DNA of 64,000 nt, from NCBI GenBank assembly GCA_951406725.2, contig OX597831.1:64914001-64978000 (forward strand), given 5' to 3'. Origin of the DNA: Octopus vulgaris (lineage: Eukaryota). Below the pieces are notes generated by a model. It ran no database searches and was not told the origin of the DNA. It saw nothing but the letters and a program-made list of their open reading frames with translations. A program made the position numbers and the translations under genes. Every line of letters starts with the position of its first letter. The stretch's first letter is position 1. Shown one piece after another: positions 25,144-38,985 of this stretch.

Positions 25144-26400
25144 AATAAAGCTATGAATAATAGTGTGTAAATATTGAGTTAAAAAGCCCTTTGGTTAGAA
25201 AGGGTCAACGGTCGCCCATGGAACTCAAATCCACATCTTCTGTAAACATGAGAGACGTTCTACCATTGTACTGAAGCAATTGGTCTTCGACGTTCTCTAT
25301 GTGTTTTAGAACTTTTATTCTTACCAGCAAGTTTTTAAAACCAATATTTGCATGCTATTATTATTTGCTCCGCGATTCAATTTTCCGAAAAAGAATTATC
25401 TCTCCTACATCTAGAAGTTTCTAAATTGTTATGACGTCAACATGATTAGAGACATTCGAAGGATTGCTTTGGTCCAAAGTTAGAATATTTGTCATGCTCG
25501 CAGAAGATGTAGGTTCTAGTCCCACGAGTAACACTCGACTTTCTCTGCGCAAAGGGCTTTTAACTAAATGTTTATTCGTTTCGAGATTCAATGTACCAAA
25601 ATTTCCTCTGTGATTTCTCGATGATATTCGAGTATAACTGAAAGAAATTATCATTTTAAGAAGTATTTTACACAGAGACTTTACTAAACGTCTTAGAAAT
25701 CTATGTCGTACCGAGGTAGAGTTAAACGGGGCAGGTTTCTTAGGAATAATACCACTTTTCTATTTCCGTATATCCCCACGTTAAGAATAGCTTTTCGCTG
25801 TATGGGATCCGCTCCAGAAGAAATGACAGCTCCAAAACAAAACGAAAAAACAACACAAAAATAAACTAAAAGAAAAGAAAGGGATTATGAACATACAAAC
25901 ACACAAATTGCAGAAAATGAAAAAACATGATGACATTTCAACAGCAAGAAAGAAAGTATGATAGACAATATATTTGACAACATCAACCACAATAGTAACA
26001 TCAGCCACAACCACAGTATACACGTACGTCCTTGATCAATTGAGAGTGTAATGAACACTAACAAAACTCCGTTGTTTGTAAGCATAATTTCGAACAAAAA
26101 TCTCTCGATATGAAACGTTTTGTTGAAAGTACTAAAGCCAGGAAGCATTTTGTTCGTAAAGAGATTGACGAACTTGCACGATTGTTACTATAGTTTCCCT
26201 GTGTCAACGGGAAATGTCCTTATTCCATTCAGGAAAGATCTGGAAACAGCCCGGGCAGACACTTGGAGCGAAATCGCTTTTGTTGGGAGAGTGAGGACGT
26301 ATGGCACTATTACATAATTTTCAAAACAGAAGACAGAGCTAAAGTCCAAGCGCAAATTGTTCGGGACACACTCACTTATAAAGCACTTTCTACGATATAT

Positions 26401-26570
26401 AGGAAGAAGAAAAAAAGAAAGGAAAAAAAGTAAAAAGAAAGAAAGGGAGGAAGGAAGGAAGGAAGGAAGGTACAGAAAAAAAAGAAAGGAAAAAAGAAAA
26501 AAGAAAGAAAGGAAGGAAGAAAGAAAGAAAGAAAGAAAAAAGAAAGAAAAGAAAAGAAAGAAAGAAAGAA

Positions 26571-26630
<60 letters not shown>

Positions 26631-26637
26631 AGGAGAG
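26401..26637 (+). repeat. Polypurine (GAAA)n/(GGAA)n tract
   Basis: Almost pure A/G for about 235 bp. Confidence 0.95.
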
Positions 26638-27952
26638 CCCATTCTCTGAGAGTGACGGGAGAAAGTAATCCTTGAACCAGAAATCTGTCCTGAATATTTT
26701 CAATGGAGTGAACGCCGCTCGATTAAAGACACTCACAGTCAGGTGTTGTTAAACAGGTTGAGAGATTAATTACTCAACAATATATATTTTTTTATTACCC
26801 ACAAGGGGCTAAACACTGAGGGGACAAACAAGGACAGACAAAGGGATTAAGTCGCTTACATCGATCCCGGTGCGTAACTGGTACTTAATTTATCGAACCC
26901 GAAAGGACGAAAAGCAAAGTCGACCTCGGCGGAATTTGAACTCGGAACGTAGCGACAGACGAAATATGGCTACGCATTTCGTCCGGCGTGCTAACGATTC
27001 TGCCAGCTCGCCAATAGAAATTGTTTAAATAAACGATTCAATTTTCATTTGAAACACCACAATTCTGTACCATAAAAATAGTTATGAACATGAATCTTTT
27101 GTATTTACTGTAACTCAATTTTAAAACAAATATTTCCTACAAACTAAAATAACGCATCAAAGACGTAATTCGTTAGGCTCGGATTTATCAAGAACAACTC
27201 TGGTGCCGCATCGACAAACTGACAGTTAGCTAACAGATGAACAGAACAAGTATTATGGAAATAGTTGCGTCTCTTAGCAAATGAATAGCTTCGTTAACAG
27301 TAAAAAGTCATTTCATTGTATAACTTAAAGTAAATCTTATATTAATTAATTTCTTTGAACAAACAATAATGAAAACTTGTTTGTGTAGATAGGCAATCTA
27401 CAAGTGCTGGGATTGTTGACTATGATTGAATTGAAGACATACATCACTGGTGATTTTCTTCCGGCTGACCTGTCCGTTCTACGAGCAGAATCATTGATTG
27501 GAAGACTAACAAATCGGCAATTATACCATTTAGCCACAGCTGTTCGACTTATTCTTCCCGATTTGAAAGTCCCTTGTTTTTTAATAATATCTTAGTATAT
27601 AGCGAATAGTTTACGTAATGGCGACTTAATAGAAAGTCTACAGTTTCAAATGATACGTAGAACACTGTTGCATTGTCTTGTTAATCGATTCACGCCTCTG
27701 AATTCAAATCACAACGTGTTAATCCATCTTTTTTTTATCCATTCGCACTAATAAACAGTTTGACGTAATCTTCTTAGAAAACTTTTACCTGAGAAAGAAC
27801 TTTTATGTTGTTAATTTGTATATACATTTAATCTACGGTTACTGTGTTCGTTGAGTGTATATGCGAATATCATAATCTGCGATAAGTGCGTAGCTAAGTG
27901 TTCAGATGGGAATGACCGTTAGATATAGTTAAGATTTTAATGTACTTATCTC

Positions 27953-28388
27953 GGATCTTTTCGGTTTGAACGGCAGTTTTTTAAAATAATTTCCACGTAA
28001 CTAAACACTTTTAAACTTCGTATACTGGTAGAATGTGTTTATAAAAACATCTTTTTCTCTTGGCTTTATTGAGAAAATTCTATAGTTTGTAAGATATTTG
28101 TTGTTTTTTTTCTTCAATTTCTGCAATTTCAACCAATCACTGACGTCTATTGAGGTAAAAAAGCATTCTGTGCCGTATGAATATGTCCCTCGTTTAAGAA
28201 ACAGATTGGGTTTATTTACATTTGAGAAGAAAAAACGATACCCTTCCCCCCAACCCTAACCAACCCTAACTAACCCTAACCCTAAAACAGATTGAAATGC
28301 AATAGATCGATACTGGGGTCATAATTATGGGTGACAATTTCATATGACACCGCTAGAAAAAAAACTGCCGTTCAAACCGAAAAGATCC
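27953..28388. mobile_element. GG...CC MITE (Merlin-like), copy 4
   Basis: Perfect TIRs, internal TAACCC tract; TSD not matched. Confidence 0.92.
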
Positions 28389-29058
28389 CACTTGTATACA
28401 ACGCGCAGGCGGTAGGTTCACACACGCGCGGCACATCATATAACACCCATCTCGTTTTAACTAAATTTTTACGAAACTACGTTTAGTTTATACTGTTAAT
28501 GTCTTATGAGTCCTTTTAGGTTCGGAGTTCAATTCATATCAACGTCGACTTTGCTTTTCGTCTTTTTGCAGTTGTGCCCTGGGGCTTGAATATATTCGAC
28601 GATTCCCCTCACTCATCTTCCTCAGATGCGTAACATTATGCCTAAGTCAAAAACCATTTATGTAGCATGATTATTAAAGACATTTTATTAGGGCTGCGGT
28701 TGGCAGAATCAGTAGAGTGAAGAGAAAATAACTTACGCTACAATCGGCAGAATTTGAACTCACAACGTAGAATCGGAAGAAATGCCGTCGGGTATTTTGT
28801 CCGACGTTTCTAACGATTATACGAGCTTGTCGCCTTATTACCACATCTAATAAAATGAAAATAATTTCAAAGTTTTAAATTTGTCCCTGATCATAGCGAA
28901 GAAAGAAGAATTTTATTGATGCAAACTATGATGTCAGATTAATATGTCTTCTCATATACAAAGAGATGAAGGGAAATTTTACAAATATTATGTGTGGTGA
29001 CTGATATTTTTCTGTTTGACAACAACTGGATTATACAATACACGAGAAATATCATACT

Positions 29059-29460
29059 TATTTCTTTATTGCCCACAAGGGGCTAAACACAGAGGGGACA
29101 AACAAGAACAGACAAAGGGATTAAGTCGATTACATCGAACTCAGTGCGTAACTGGTATTTAATTTGTCGACCCCGAAAGGATGAAAGGCAAAGTCGACGT
29201 CGGCGTAATTTGAACTCAGAATGTAACGGCAGACGAAATACCTGTTTCTTTATTACCCACAAGGGGCTAAACACAGAGGGGACAAACAAGGACAGACAGG
29301 TATTAAGTCGATTACATCGACCCCAGTGCGTAACTGTTACTTAATTTATCGACCCCGAAAGGATGAAAGGCAAAGTCGACGTCGGCGGAATTTGAACTTA
29401 GAACGTAACGGCAGACGAAATACCTCTAAGCATTTCACCCGGCGTGCTAACGTTTCTGCC
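29059..29460 (-). mobile_element. SINE family A head-to-tail dimer
   Basis: 182-bp period, same junction position as the trimers. Confidence 0.9.
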
Positions 29461-29544
29461 AAGAATGAAGGTACTGACAAGAATGAATAAATATTGGTAG
29501 ACGAATGCTACTGAGGCGGTAGAATGGTGAAATTCTTTACAGGT

Positions 29545-30660
29545 GCCACGGTGTCCCGGAATTGTAGAGTAGTGATGACACCGTGCAGTGATGTACAATG
29601 TAGTGATGACACAGTGTATTGGACACAGGGTTTATTAAGACTCTGGAATAAAGCTGATATCACAAACTTATTGCACAGAGATTGCAGAACGGTGGCGATA
29701 TGCTGTGGTGTGACTGTAGTGTATTGACATAACGATGTAGAGATACTGTCGGGCAGTGCTGATATGGTGTAACTTTAGAGTAGTGACGACATGGTGTCGT
29801 GTGACTGTAGAGTGATGGCGTGGTGTTGAAGAGTGACCATACAGTACTTCTGAGACACGAGAAGGTTACTGTCGAGTACTGACGTTCTGGTGCAGTATGA
29901 TTGTTGAGTACTGGCGTGATTGTGTAGTATGACTTGAAAGTACTAACGTGATAGAGAAATGTGACTGTAGAGCACCGATGATATGATCTTGTGTGACTTT
30001 AGAGGGATGATGTTTTCGGTTTGAACGGCAGTTTTTTTTAAAAATAATTTCCACGTAACTAAACACTTTTAAACTTCGTATACTGGTAGAATGTGTTTAT
30101 AAAACATCCTTTTTCTCTTGGCTTTATTGAGAAAATTCTATGGTTTGTAAGATATTTGTTGTTTTTTTTCTTCAATTTCTGCAATTTCAACCAATCACTG
30201 ACGTCTATTGAGGTAAGTAAAACATTCTGTGCCGTATGAATATGTCCCTCGTTTAAGAAACAGATTGGGTTTATTTACATTTGTGAAGAAAAAAAGATAC
30301 CCTTCCTCCCACCCCTAACCCTAACTAACCCTAACCCTAAAACAGATTGAAATGCAATAGATCGATACTAGGGTCATAATTGTGGGTGACAATTTCATAT
30401 GAAACCGCTAGAAAAAACTGCCGTTCAAACCGAAAAGATCCCTTTGGAATACTGCAAAAGAGTACAGAGTATCGCGTGATAATAAAATGGGAATGTAGAG
30501 TACTGATGACACTGTGGGCATGCTGCCATCTGGGGACACGGTTTATTGAGACTGTAGAATATCAATGATAAACTATATGAAGTACAGAGTGCCTCCGATA
30601 TCGATGGATATATGATGCATTGGTGGCATCTTAAATTGTTTTGGTGACAATGTAGATACA
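29545..30660. repeat. Degenerate minisatellite (recurring GTGACTGTAGAGT..TGA motif), split by MITE copy 5
   Basis: The motif recurs roughly every 25-35 bp on both sides of the MITE. Confidence 0.55.
30005..30441. mobile_element. GG...CC MITE (Merlin-like), copy 5, inserted in a minisatellite
   Basis: TIRs (left one altered); degenerate TSD CTTTAGAG/CTTTGGAA. Confidence 0.9.
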
Positions 30661-32513
30661 CTGCCACAAATACAAAAATATACATCTCTCTAGTAATATA
30701 ATTTCCAGCAGTTAAAGATTATTATTCAAATAAAACTTGTTAAATAAACTTTTAGTAGAAACCATGGCTTCTTTTATCGTTCCTTTCAATTATATATCCC
30801 CCCTCCGCATCATATATAATAGTAGCTTTGTGGTTAAAGAGTACGTTTTGGAAGCACGTGGTTATAGGTTGGTTCCCCTAACGCAACACTTTGAGTAAAT
30901 GCTTTCTATAATGGTTGATGCACGTTCCGTGAGTAGAATTTAGTAGATGACAAATGTGTGGAAACCTGCTGTATGCGTATGTGAGAGATATGCATCCTCG
31001 CTTATGTTTAAACCGGTCTAAAAACTTATCTTCTTCGTGTTTTACTTCTTAGTTCTGTAACCAAGCGATTCGACAGAATCTTATAGAATAAGTACCAATG
31101 GCAAAAGTTTTGAAAACGGTGCTTCACCATTGCCGCAAGCCATCTCACATCAAGTAAGTAAATCATTTATAATCCGCAAGATACAAATGCTAATCATTTT
31201 AGGGACGCTAGATGGAAATATTTTAAACCTCAGTGCCAGTATATAATCTCACTTGAGCCCCAAACGTAAGCAATAAGGATTGGTAAGAGTACAAAGAGAG
31301 GAACATTGAAAGATTATATTAAAACAACAAAGGGAAACGAAATAGGGAAACAAAATCGAGCGACCGAGCAACAGACGTATTTCTCTGTTAAAGCAAAAGA
31401 GTTAAGTTATGATACATGAAACGGAAAGAGGAGAAATAAAATGAACTTACCCTTGAAGGTGCAGTCAAATTGTCATCTTAGCTAGGAAATCAACTCCTTT
31501 TTAGCCATTTACTTATGTAAATATATCGATTTTCTTTCATAAATATTGATATCTATGATGATGAATCTCTTAGCATTAGCAGTCTAATTGAAATGGCGCT
31601 CCTTCGCATTGTATAAGTTTCTACTCATAGAAATGTGTTTCAATTGTGTATGCATGAGTGGACATGTATGTGATTATAATGTGTGTTTCATATGAAGTTC
31701 TATTTGTAAATGAAGAAATCGTGGTAACAATTAAACGGAAAGAGAAATGATTAAAAAACGAAAACCAACATATCAATAGAAACTCTTATTTTAACATTAT
31801 GTCTATAGACTTAAATCATTACTAAAAGCTTGTTAAATATACCAACGACTTTTTATGATATCCCACTTGATAACCCCATCACTTTTTGTCCTGCCAGAGC
31901 CACTAAATGGACATTGGCTAAATGTTTCAAATCTTCGTTATAATCTAAATGATCTAAATATCTATTATTATCTTCCAGCACTCTGCTGCCTAAGCAAGTT
32001 ATCATGTGCGCACATCAGTTGACTGTAAATAATAGATTCATCGATCATATAAATGTATGTTAACACACTCACGGAATATCGAGTTGACATATCATCTATC
32101 AAATGTTCAAATCTGTAGCGCTTTATCAGTGGAAAGTTAATCTCGCCCTTTAATTTAATCCTTATCTCAGTAACGAAAGATTTTGAGTTTTCACTCGCAA
32201 TTTTCCCAAGGCATTACATTCCCAATCGAATGTAATTTAATTCTCTGAAATCCTCAAAGAAATTACTTCAGATTCTCTTTTGCTCAAATATAGGAGTTAG
32301 AATACTGTTTTATTTCCGTTAAATCCCTCGGATATTGAAATCCTCGGTGTGAAACGAATTCTTTGGATCGGTATTAACTCAGGAAGTTAGTTACTAACAC
32401 TGAGCTTTAAGAGAATTGTGGCAGGGAATTAGTCAACTAAGCACTCACCAAAAACTATTCAGGGTGTTAACGCCATCATGCAATCGTTAACTGTAAACAA
32501 CGCGGTAGAAATA

Positions 32514-33368
32514 CGAGGTCTGATCAATCCGGATCCGGATGGTTGCCATAGTAACGAATCTAAAGCATGCAGAGTAAAGCCGCTGGGCAAAGACTGACCT
32601 TGAACTCTGCTCTGCATGCGCATTAAGTTTTAACGTTCTAGCTCATTTCCGCTGTTTACAGCAGTGCCTAGAAGGAAGGTGTGTAGCGTGTGATCGTCAC
32701 ATTGACCATGACAGAAAAAGTTGTCATGGTGATACCTGCTCAGAGGCCTGTGCAAAGTTGCAGAAAGGGTTTGGAGAGGAGTGTATGAGCCACACACAAG
32801 TGTACGGGTGGTTCAGACGTTTCCAAGATGGCCGAAAAAATGTCGATATCAACGAACGCTCTGGGAGACCCGCAACCAGCAGAACTGAGAAAAACATCGC
32901 AGATGTGCGTGCAGCTGGGAGGGGAAATCGTCGAATCACTATCCGTGAGTTATCAGGGGATTACGGTTCAGTCCATTATCACTCAAGATTTGGGTATGAG
33001 ACGCGTGTCTGCCAAGTTTGTGCCAAAACTACTTTCAGCTAAGCAAAAGGACCCTCGGGTTTCATTTGCACAAGATCTCCTTGATTGTATCAAGAACGAT
33101 GAAAACTGTTCGAAAACTTTGCGTAGGCCTCTGAGCAAGTATCGCCAAGCTTTTGGCAAAATTTGATGCAGATTCTCTGCTCAACTTACCCTGTTATGCG
33201 ATGATCACATGCTATACACCTTCCTTCCAAGCACTGCTGTAAACAGCAGAAGTGAGGTAGAACGTAAAAACATGCAGAGTAGAATTCAATGTCAATCTGT
33301 GGCTTTACTCTGCGTACTTTAGCTTCGTTACTACGGCAACAGTCCAGATACATATTGATCAGACCTTG
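32514..33368 (+). mobile_element. Non-autonomous mariner with fold-back structure and transposase N-terminal remnant
   Basis: TA on both sides, TIR CGAGGTCTGATCAAT. Frames encode VYGWFRRFQDGR..ERSGRP..RRITIREL and LGMRRVSAKFVPKLL (mariner HTH and WVPxxL-like linker). The right ~250 bp is an inverted copy of the left end. Confidence 0.88.
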
Positions 33369-33774
33369 TATGGTATCGCTTTAGTCAACTTATCAATAAC
33401 TAACTAATCATATTTATGAAGGCGTTGTTGATCTTGTTGGTATGATGAAAAACTTTCCTGATATGAGCGTCTCCATTTTTTCTTTTTTTTTTTTGTATAT
33501 CTAAAATTATATTGTTTAATATGTACTTCAATTTTTAAATTGATTTGAAAAAAATTTGGCAGCTATTTCTAACAGGCTGAGTGGCCACGTAGAGGCTCTC
33601 TTTGATTTGACCGTTCTAAAAGAGTTAATAATAGAAGCGAGGAAGGTAGACTTAGCTGGTGGTTGGTAGTTTAGAATCTACGGAAATTAACAAGTAACAA
33701 AACAGAATCGCAGTAAACAGCGGTCGACTTCGGCAAAATTTATGCGCTAAAGTTAATGAGTCTGAAAATTTTAT

Positions 33775-34203
33775 GGATCTTTTCGGTTTGAACGGCTGTT
33801 TTTTCTAGCGGTGTCATATGAAATTGTCACCCATAATTACGACCCTAGTATCGATCTATTGCATTTCAATCTGTTTTAGGGTTAGTGTTAGGGTTAGGGT
33901 TAGGGGTGGGGGGTAGGGTATCTTTTTTTCTTCACAAATGTAAATAAACCCAATCTGTTTCTTAAACGAGGGACATATTCATACGGCACAGAATGTTTTT
34001 TACTTCAATAGACGTAATTGATTGGTTGAAATTGCAGAAATTGAAGAAAAAAACCAACAAATATCTTACAAACTATAGAATTTTCTCAATAAAGCCAAGA
34101 GAAAAAGATGTTTTATAAACACATTCTACCAGTATACGAAGTTTAAAATTTTTTAGTTACCTAGAAATTATGTTAAAAACTGCCGTTCAAACCGAAAAGA
34201 CCC
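33775..34203. mobile_element. GG...CC MITE (Merlin-like), copy 6
   Basis: TIRs and internal TTAGGG tract. Confidence 0.92.
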
Positions 34204-34488
34204 AATTAGAAAAATACTTAAGAGTTTGTATAGCCCGAAATGAGTTTGCAGTCCCAACCTCTCTCCTCCGCAACGAAAATCAGTATAATACATATCTATA
34301 ATGCCATCCCACCAAAATACTGCGCGTCCTCTATCCTGCGTCTACTCCCTTTCGTTATACTAGTGGTTAACGTATCTTTTCTCTCAGACCAAAGATGAAC
34401 TAGGGACAGCAAGTTCCATATGTTCCCGCGAACAAATATCCAAACTCACCAACTTCACATTCTCCAAGATTAATTGGAAGTGGTTGTA

Positions 34489-34668
34489 TTCGAAAACTTT
34501 GCGTAGGCCTCTGAGCAAGTATCGCCAAGCTTTTGGCAAAATTTGATGCAGATTCTCTGCTCAACTTACCCTGTTATGGTCAATGCGATGATCACACGCT
34601 ATACACCTTCCTTCCAAGCACTGCTGTAAACAGCAGAAGTGAGGTAGAACGTAAAAACTTAGTGCGCA
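34489..34668. mobile_element. Local partial copy of the mariner right arm
   Basis: Near-identical to about 33109-33271. Confidence 0.85.
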
Positions 34669-34957
34669 CTTGTTATTGTGTTGCTAGCATTGTTTGTGGA
34701 TAATCTGAAGATGTAGTCAAAGTAGCTGAAAGGAGTTGGGGCTGATTTCAGCTATAGGCTGTACTTGTCACATACAGCTTTACATATCTGTGTGTGGCTA
34801 TATAGATATACTCGGAGTATGTAATAATATTTCTCTGGGGAGAGAACAGTTTTATGTTATGAATAGTGTAGGATTGTGACAAATAGATTGAGCAGTTCAG
34901 AAGAAGAGGTCACAGTCTATGATAGATCTTATCTTCCGTTTCTATACTGTTATGGTT

Positions 34958-35272
34958 TTTTGTTGTTGTTGTTTGTTCCTTCTCGAGCCATGCCTGGCTC
35001 ATAAGGGCCGGTTTCCCGGTTTCTTGACGTATAGGTTCTCCACCTGGACGGGACGCCGGTCCGTTGCAGGTGAGCTGCAAGATGCAGGAGGAAAGAGTGG
35101 AGAAAGTTGTGGCGAAAGAGTCAGCAGAAGTTTCGCCATTACCTTCTACCGAAACTGCGTGGAGCTTAGGTGTTTTCGCTCATAAACACACACATCGTCC
35201 GGTCTGAGATTCGAACCCGCGATCCCTCGATCGCGAGTTCGCTGCTCTAACCACTAGGCCATGTGCCTCCAC
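34958..35272 (-). mobile_element. SINE family B
   Basis: 12-bp TSD ACTGTTATGGTT; (CAA)n tail. Confidence 0.9.
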
Positions 35273-35618
35273 ACTGTTATGGTTGTCTTTTGACTAATTG
35301 AGAAACGCAGGGCAATTAACAATAAATTAGTTTTACATGGCATTAGATGATATGCTTTAAGGTATTTTTTCCGCTTCTCTGAGCTCTGAGTTCAAATTCC
35401 GCCGAAGTCAGCTCAGTGTTTTGTCCCTTCGGAGTCGATAAACTACCAGACCAAGGCAGTACATTAGCAGAATGCTAGAGATAGTTTGCAATATGTTTTG
35501 ACTTGGTCCATTTCCATTGTGAGTTGAAATTAAATCTGCCCGATTACCGAGAAAAATGGATTATCGGGACCCAGTAAGAATAGTGACAGACTTAGGAATT
35601 CCTTAAGAAAGAGCTATT

Positions 35619-35689
35619 GGTATGAGACGCGTGTCTGCCAAGTTTGTGCCAAAACTGCTTTCAGCTAAGCAAAAGGACCCTCGGGTTTC
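35619..35689 (+). mobile_element. 71-bp local copy of mariner internal sequence
   Basis: Matches 32993-33063 with one mismatch. Confidence 0.85.
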
Positions 35690-37107
35690 CCTATTTCGTT
35701 TCCCTTTGTGATTCTTTTTTATTCCAATACAACAACTGATGGGAGATTATGTAACGTTACGATTTGTTTTAGTCACCATATCTTTCACATGTGGAGTGAA
35801 GATCAGAGTGAAGTGTTAGATTGATACGCAGGAGGGAGATGAAGGGGTACATATGTTTTGTGGAGTGTGATATGGGATAATGTTGCTTAGTATTGCTTGG
35901 CCAGTAGGGTGGCTGTTATTGTTAAACAATTTTAAAGAGATTTCTTTCTAATTGCAACTGTATGGTTAAGGATGATATGTAGCCAAGCCTTGTAGGTCGC
36001 TGAGAGAAGCCGTTGTTTAAGGAGAGGAGCAGAAACCTTATCTGTCAAGGGAATGGCAGGACTTAAAGCATTTGAGAAGTTAAAGATATGACTCCCTAGA
36101 AATAGCGAGTACTTTTTTTTAATGAGTCAACAACAGACTCCGAACAGTGATAAAGTTACAAAATTGTTAGAATCATGTGATGGTTGGTAATGCGGTTTAT
36201 TGTTTGTTGTCATCATTTCAGAGATGGTTAGTGAGTAAGTAGCACGAGGCTCGAGAAACTGGGTCTTTAAAGCAACAAATATAAATCATATGTGAATAAT
36301 CTGCTACTTTCTTACAATGGAAGAAGTTAATATCATTTTGCAAGGCGGAAAACCAAGATCATTTACGTAAAAGGGGCGACATAATGAAATAAGCTAGTAT
36401 TTTTTCAATAATATTCTCCATTATTTGATAACTTAATTACAGCAACGATTATATTGAAAAATACTATGGATAGTTATCTTGTGCAAATCTGTTAATGTGT
36501 GTGTGACTATTGTGCATCATACTCACGCAATTGTCCATAATAGACTTTTGTGTGCAGTGTATGATTACAGAATAAATTTATGATGAATTCCAGATAGATG
36601 CAGGACATTATATCTTGATGTTAGATGCGATATTTCCAATCGTTCGGTTGACTCAACACTATCATATTTCAACATAATAAAATGTACTGAACAATCGATT
36701 TGCCTGGCAACATTCGATACCCTTTCATCAGCCAATTCCGAACGACAAATCTGTAAATCTGTAAATTTCGTTTTTAACCCCCGGTATTCTTTATCAGTCG
36801 ACCGAAACACAAGTAGTTCCATTAAACAATCATGTGAAACACAATCAGATTAATTTATAAGCAACATTTACTAAAAATCGTCTGCTTTCATTTGTGTAGC
36901 TCGATATGTCAACATTGCAAACGTTAATTTTTCATATTGTTTTTTTTATTCGACCAGCATGTAGTCAAAATCGACAACGATAAAAAAATACACTTGTCCC
37001 CCCCACACGCACGCACGCATAATACTCTCACCACACACACGTACATCTCACACACAACACACTCACACCACACACACATGCGCACGCGCTTATATATATA
37101 TGTATTT

Positions 37108-37148
<41 letters not shown>

Positions 37149-38985
37149 TGTGTCTGTGTCTGTATATATATATACATACACACATGCATACATGCATACA
37201 TACATACATACACACATACATACATACATATATACATACATACGTACATATCTACATACATACATATATACATACATACATACAAACATTCATACACACA
37301 TACATACATACATGCATACATACATGCATACATACATGCATACATACATACGTACATACACGCATACATACATACATACATACATACATACATACATACA
37401 TACATACATACATACATACATACATACAGGTCCACCCATCGACATATTTTTTAGTACCAATACTCATCCATACAAAAAAAGGCAGAAAAAACACGTTTAC
37501 ACATATCCACGCATTTTCATCTGTCCACCCACCCCCACTCCAACCGTGACAAGCCACTTACAGCCAGTGTCCATAGCTGCAACCAATCCATCTCTAAGAC
37601 GACATAACAAGTTGACTCTGCTCAACAACAAAAAACAACTATAAACTCGCATATCAACATTTCATATCCAACACAACTCATTAATATTTAAAACAACCAC
37701 CAGTAAATACTTGTATATTCTTTAATTCATTTAAAATGTCTTTCGACGTTCTTATCTGCGTAAGATCTCAGCATATCTGGGTACAGTGTTTTGGTTTGAT
37801 TCTAGATCCTGTTCCACATGTTTAGAAATATCTACACTGCTTCGATTTCAGAGCTTCTATCTCTCAATATGGTTATATTTCCATCACTATCTTAAATACC
37901 CATTACCATCATAATTACCATCATAATTACCATCATAATTACCATCATAATTTATTGATGTATGTATTTTATATATGAAGAAACTTTTATCATTGCTAAT
38001 AATAATTGTCCCATGTTGACATTAATACAAATGAAGATATTATGTAAAGGCAAAATGTTCGTCTAATTGGTGTAATTATATGCTTTAGGACATTCGACCT
38101 TCCAGTCGGAAAATATAAATTCAAACAGGTCGGCTTTCCGGTAAAGAGTACTGCAAACAGAAGCAGTTTTCTTTTTGTCACAATAACCATAATTCTATCT
38201 ATGACTAAGTGATCGTTTGAGATATTTTCCAGTTTTGTTGTTGATAGCTATGCACTATAATGGACATTGTTAACCCTGAATGACTGATTACAATATATTT
38301 CGCTGAGGAAGAGGAGTAACAAGCTTAAAATCCGCCTGTTGTTTTCAGGATCGATATTATTTTCTCAAAGTTACACTTGGCTGATATTATTGAGGATATG
38401 CCTACTAATTGCAGGAATAATCTCAGTTAATCGAAGTTTTCCAATATATTACATGCGTAAGACTCAACTGATGATCACTCAGTATTTATATTGATATTGT
38501 CCGGTATTCCACTTGTTGACAATTCCCACATTTTTCTTTTCATGACTAAAATAACCATGTCTTCGACTATGAACTCGAATCAAAGACAAACCATCTTTTG
38601 ATTTAACGAATTCATCATATCATAAAGTGATTAATTATTTCTAGTTCAGAAAGAGCAAGCCTTGCTTCCATTCAAGTTTAATATATTAGGATTTCTACAG
38701 AATATCAATGTTCCTTTGTCGAAGTAGTGAAATTCCTTACTTTAAAAAGTTTTGGTTTCGGGATGGAGCTCCAACTTAGAGTGATCAATCAATAAGGCGA
38801 CAGTTCGATCACTTAATTTATATATATATATATATATATATTTGAATGCATATATTGTGCATATGGTGTATACACACAGTTTAAAGCACACTTCATTATG
38901 TGTTATTTGAATGTATGTTTGGCTTTGAAAAAGTGTGTCTGTGTGAGACATAAATACCAGCAAATGTTTTTATATCTAAAAAAAT

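Noticed and set aside
31445-31455. Strong minus-strand donor GG|GTAAGT as a GPCR upstream exon
   Set aside because: A lone consensus match without transcript evidence; such hexamers occur by chance.
34670-36100. Possible Penelope ORF remnants on the minus strand
   Set aside because: Only vague compositional resemblance; no diagnostic RT or GIY-YIG motif readable by eye.
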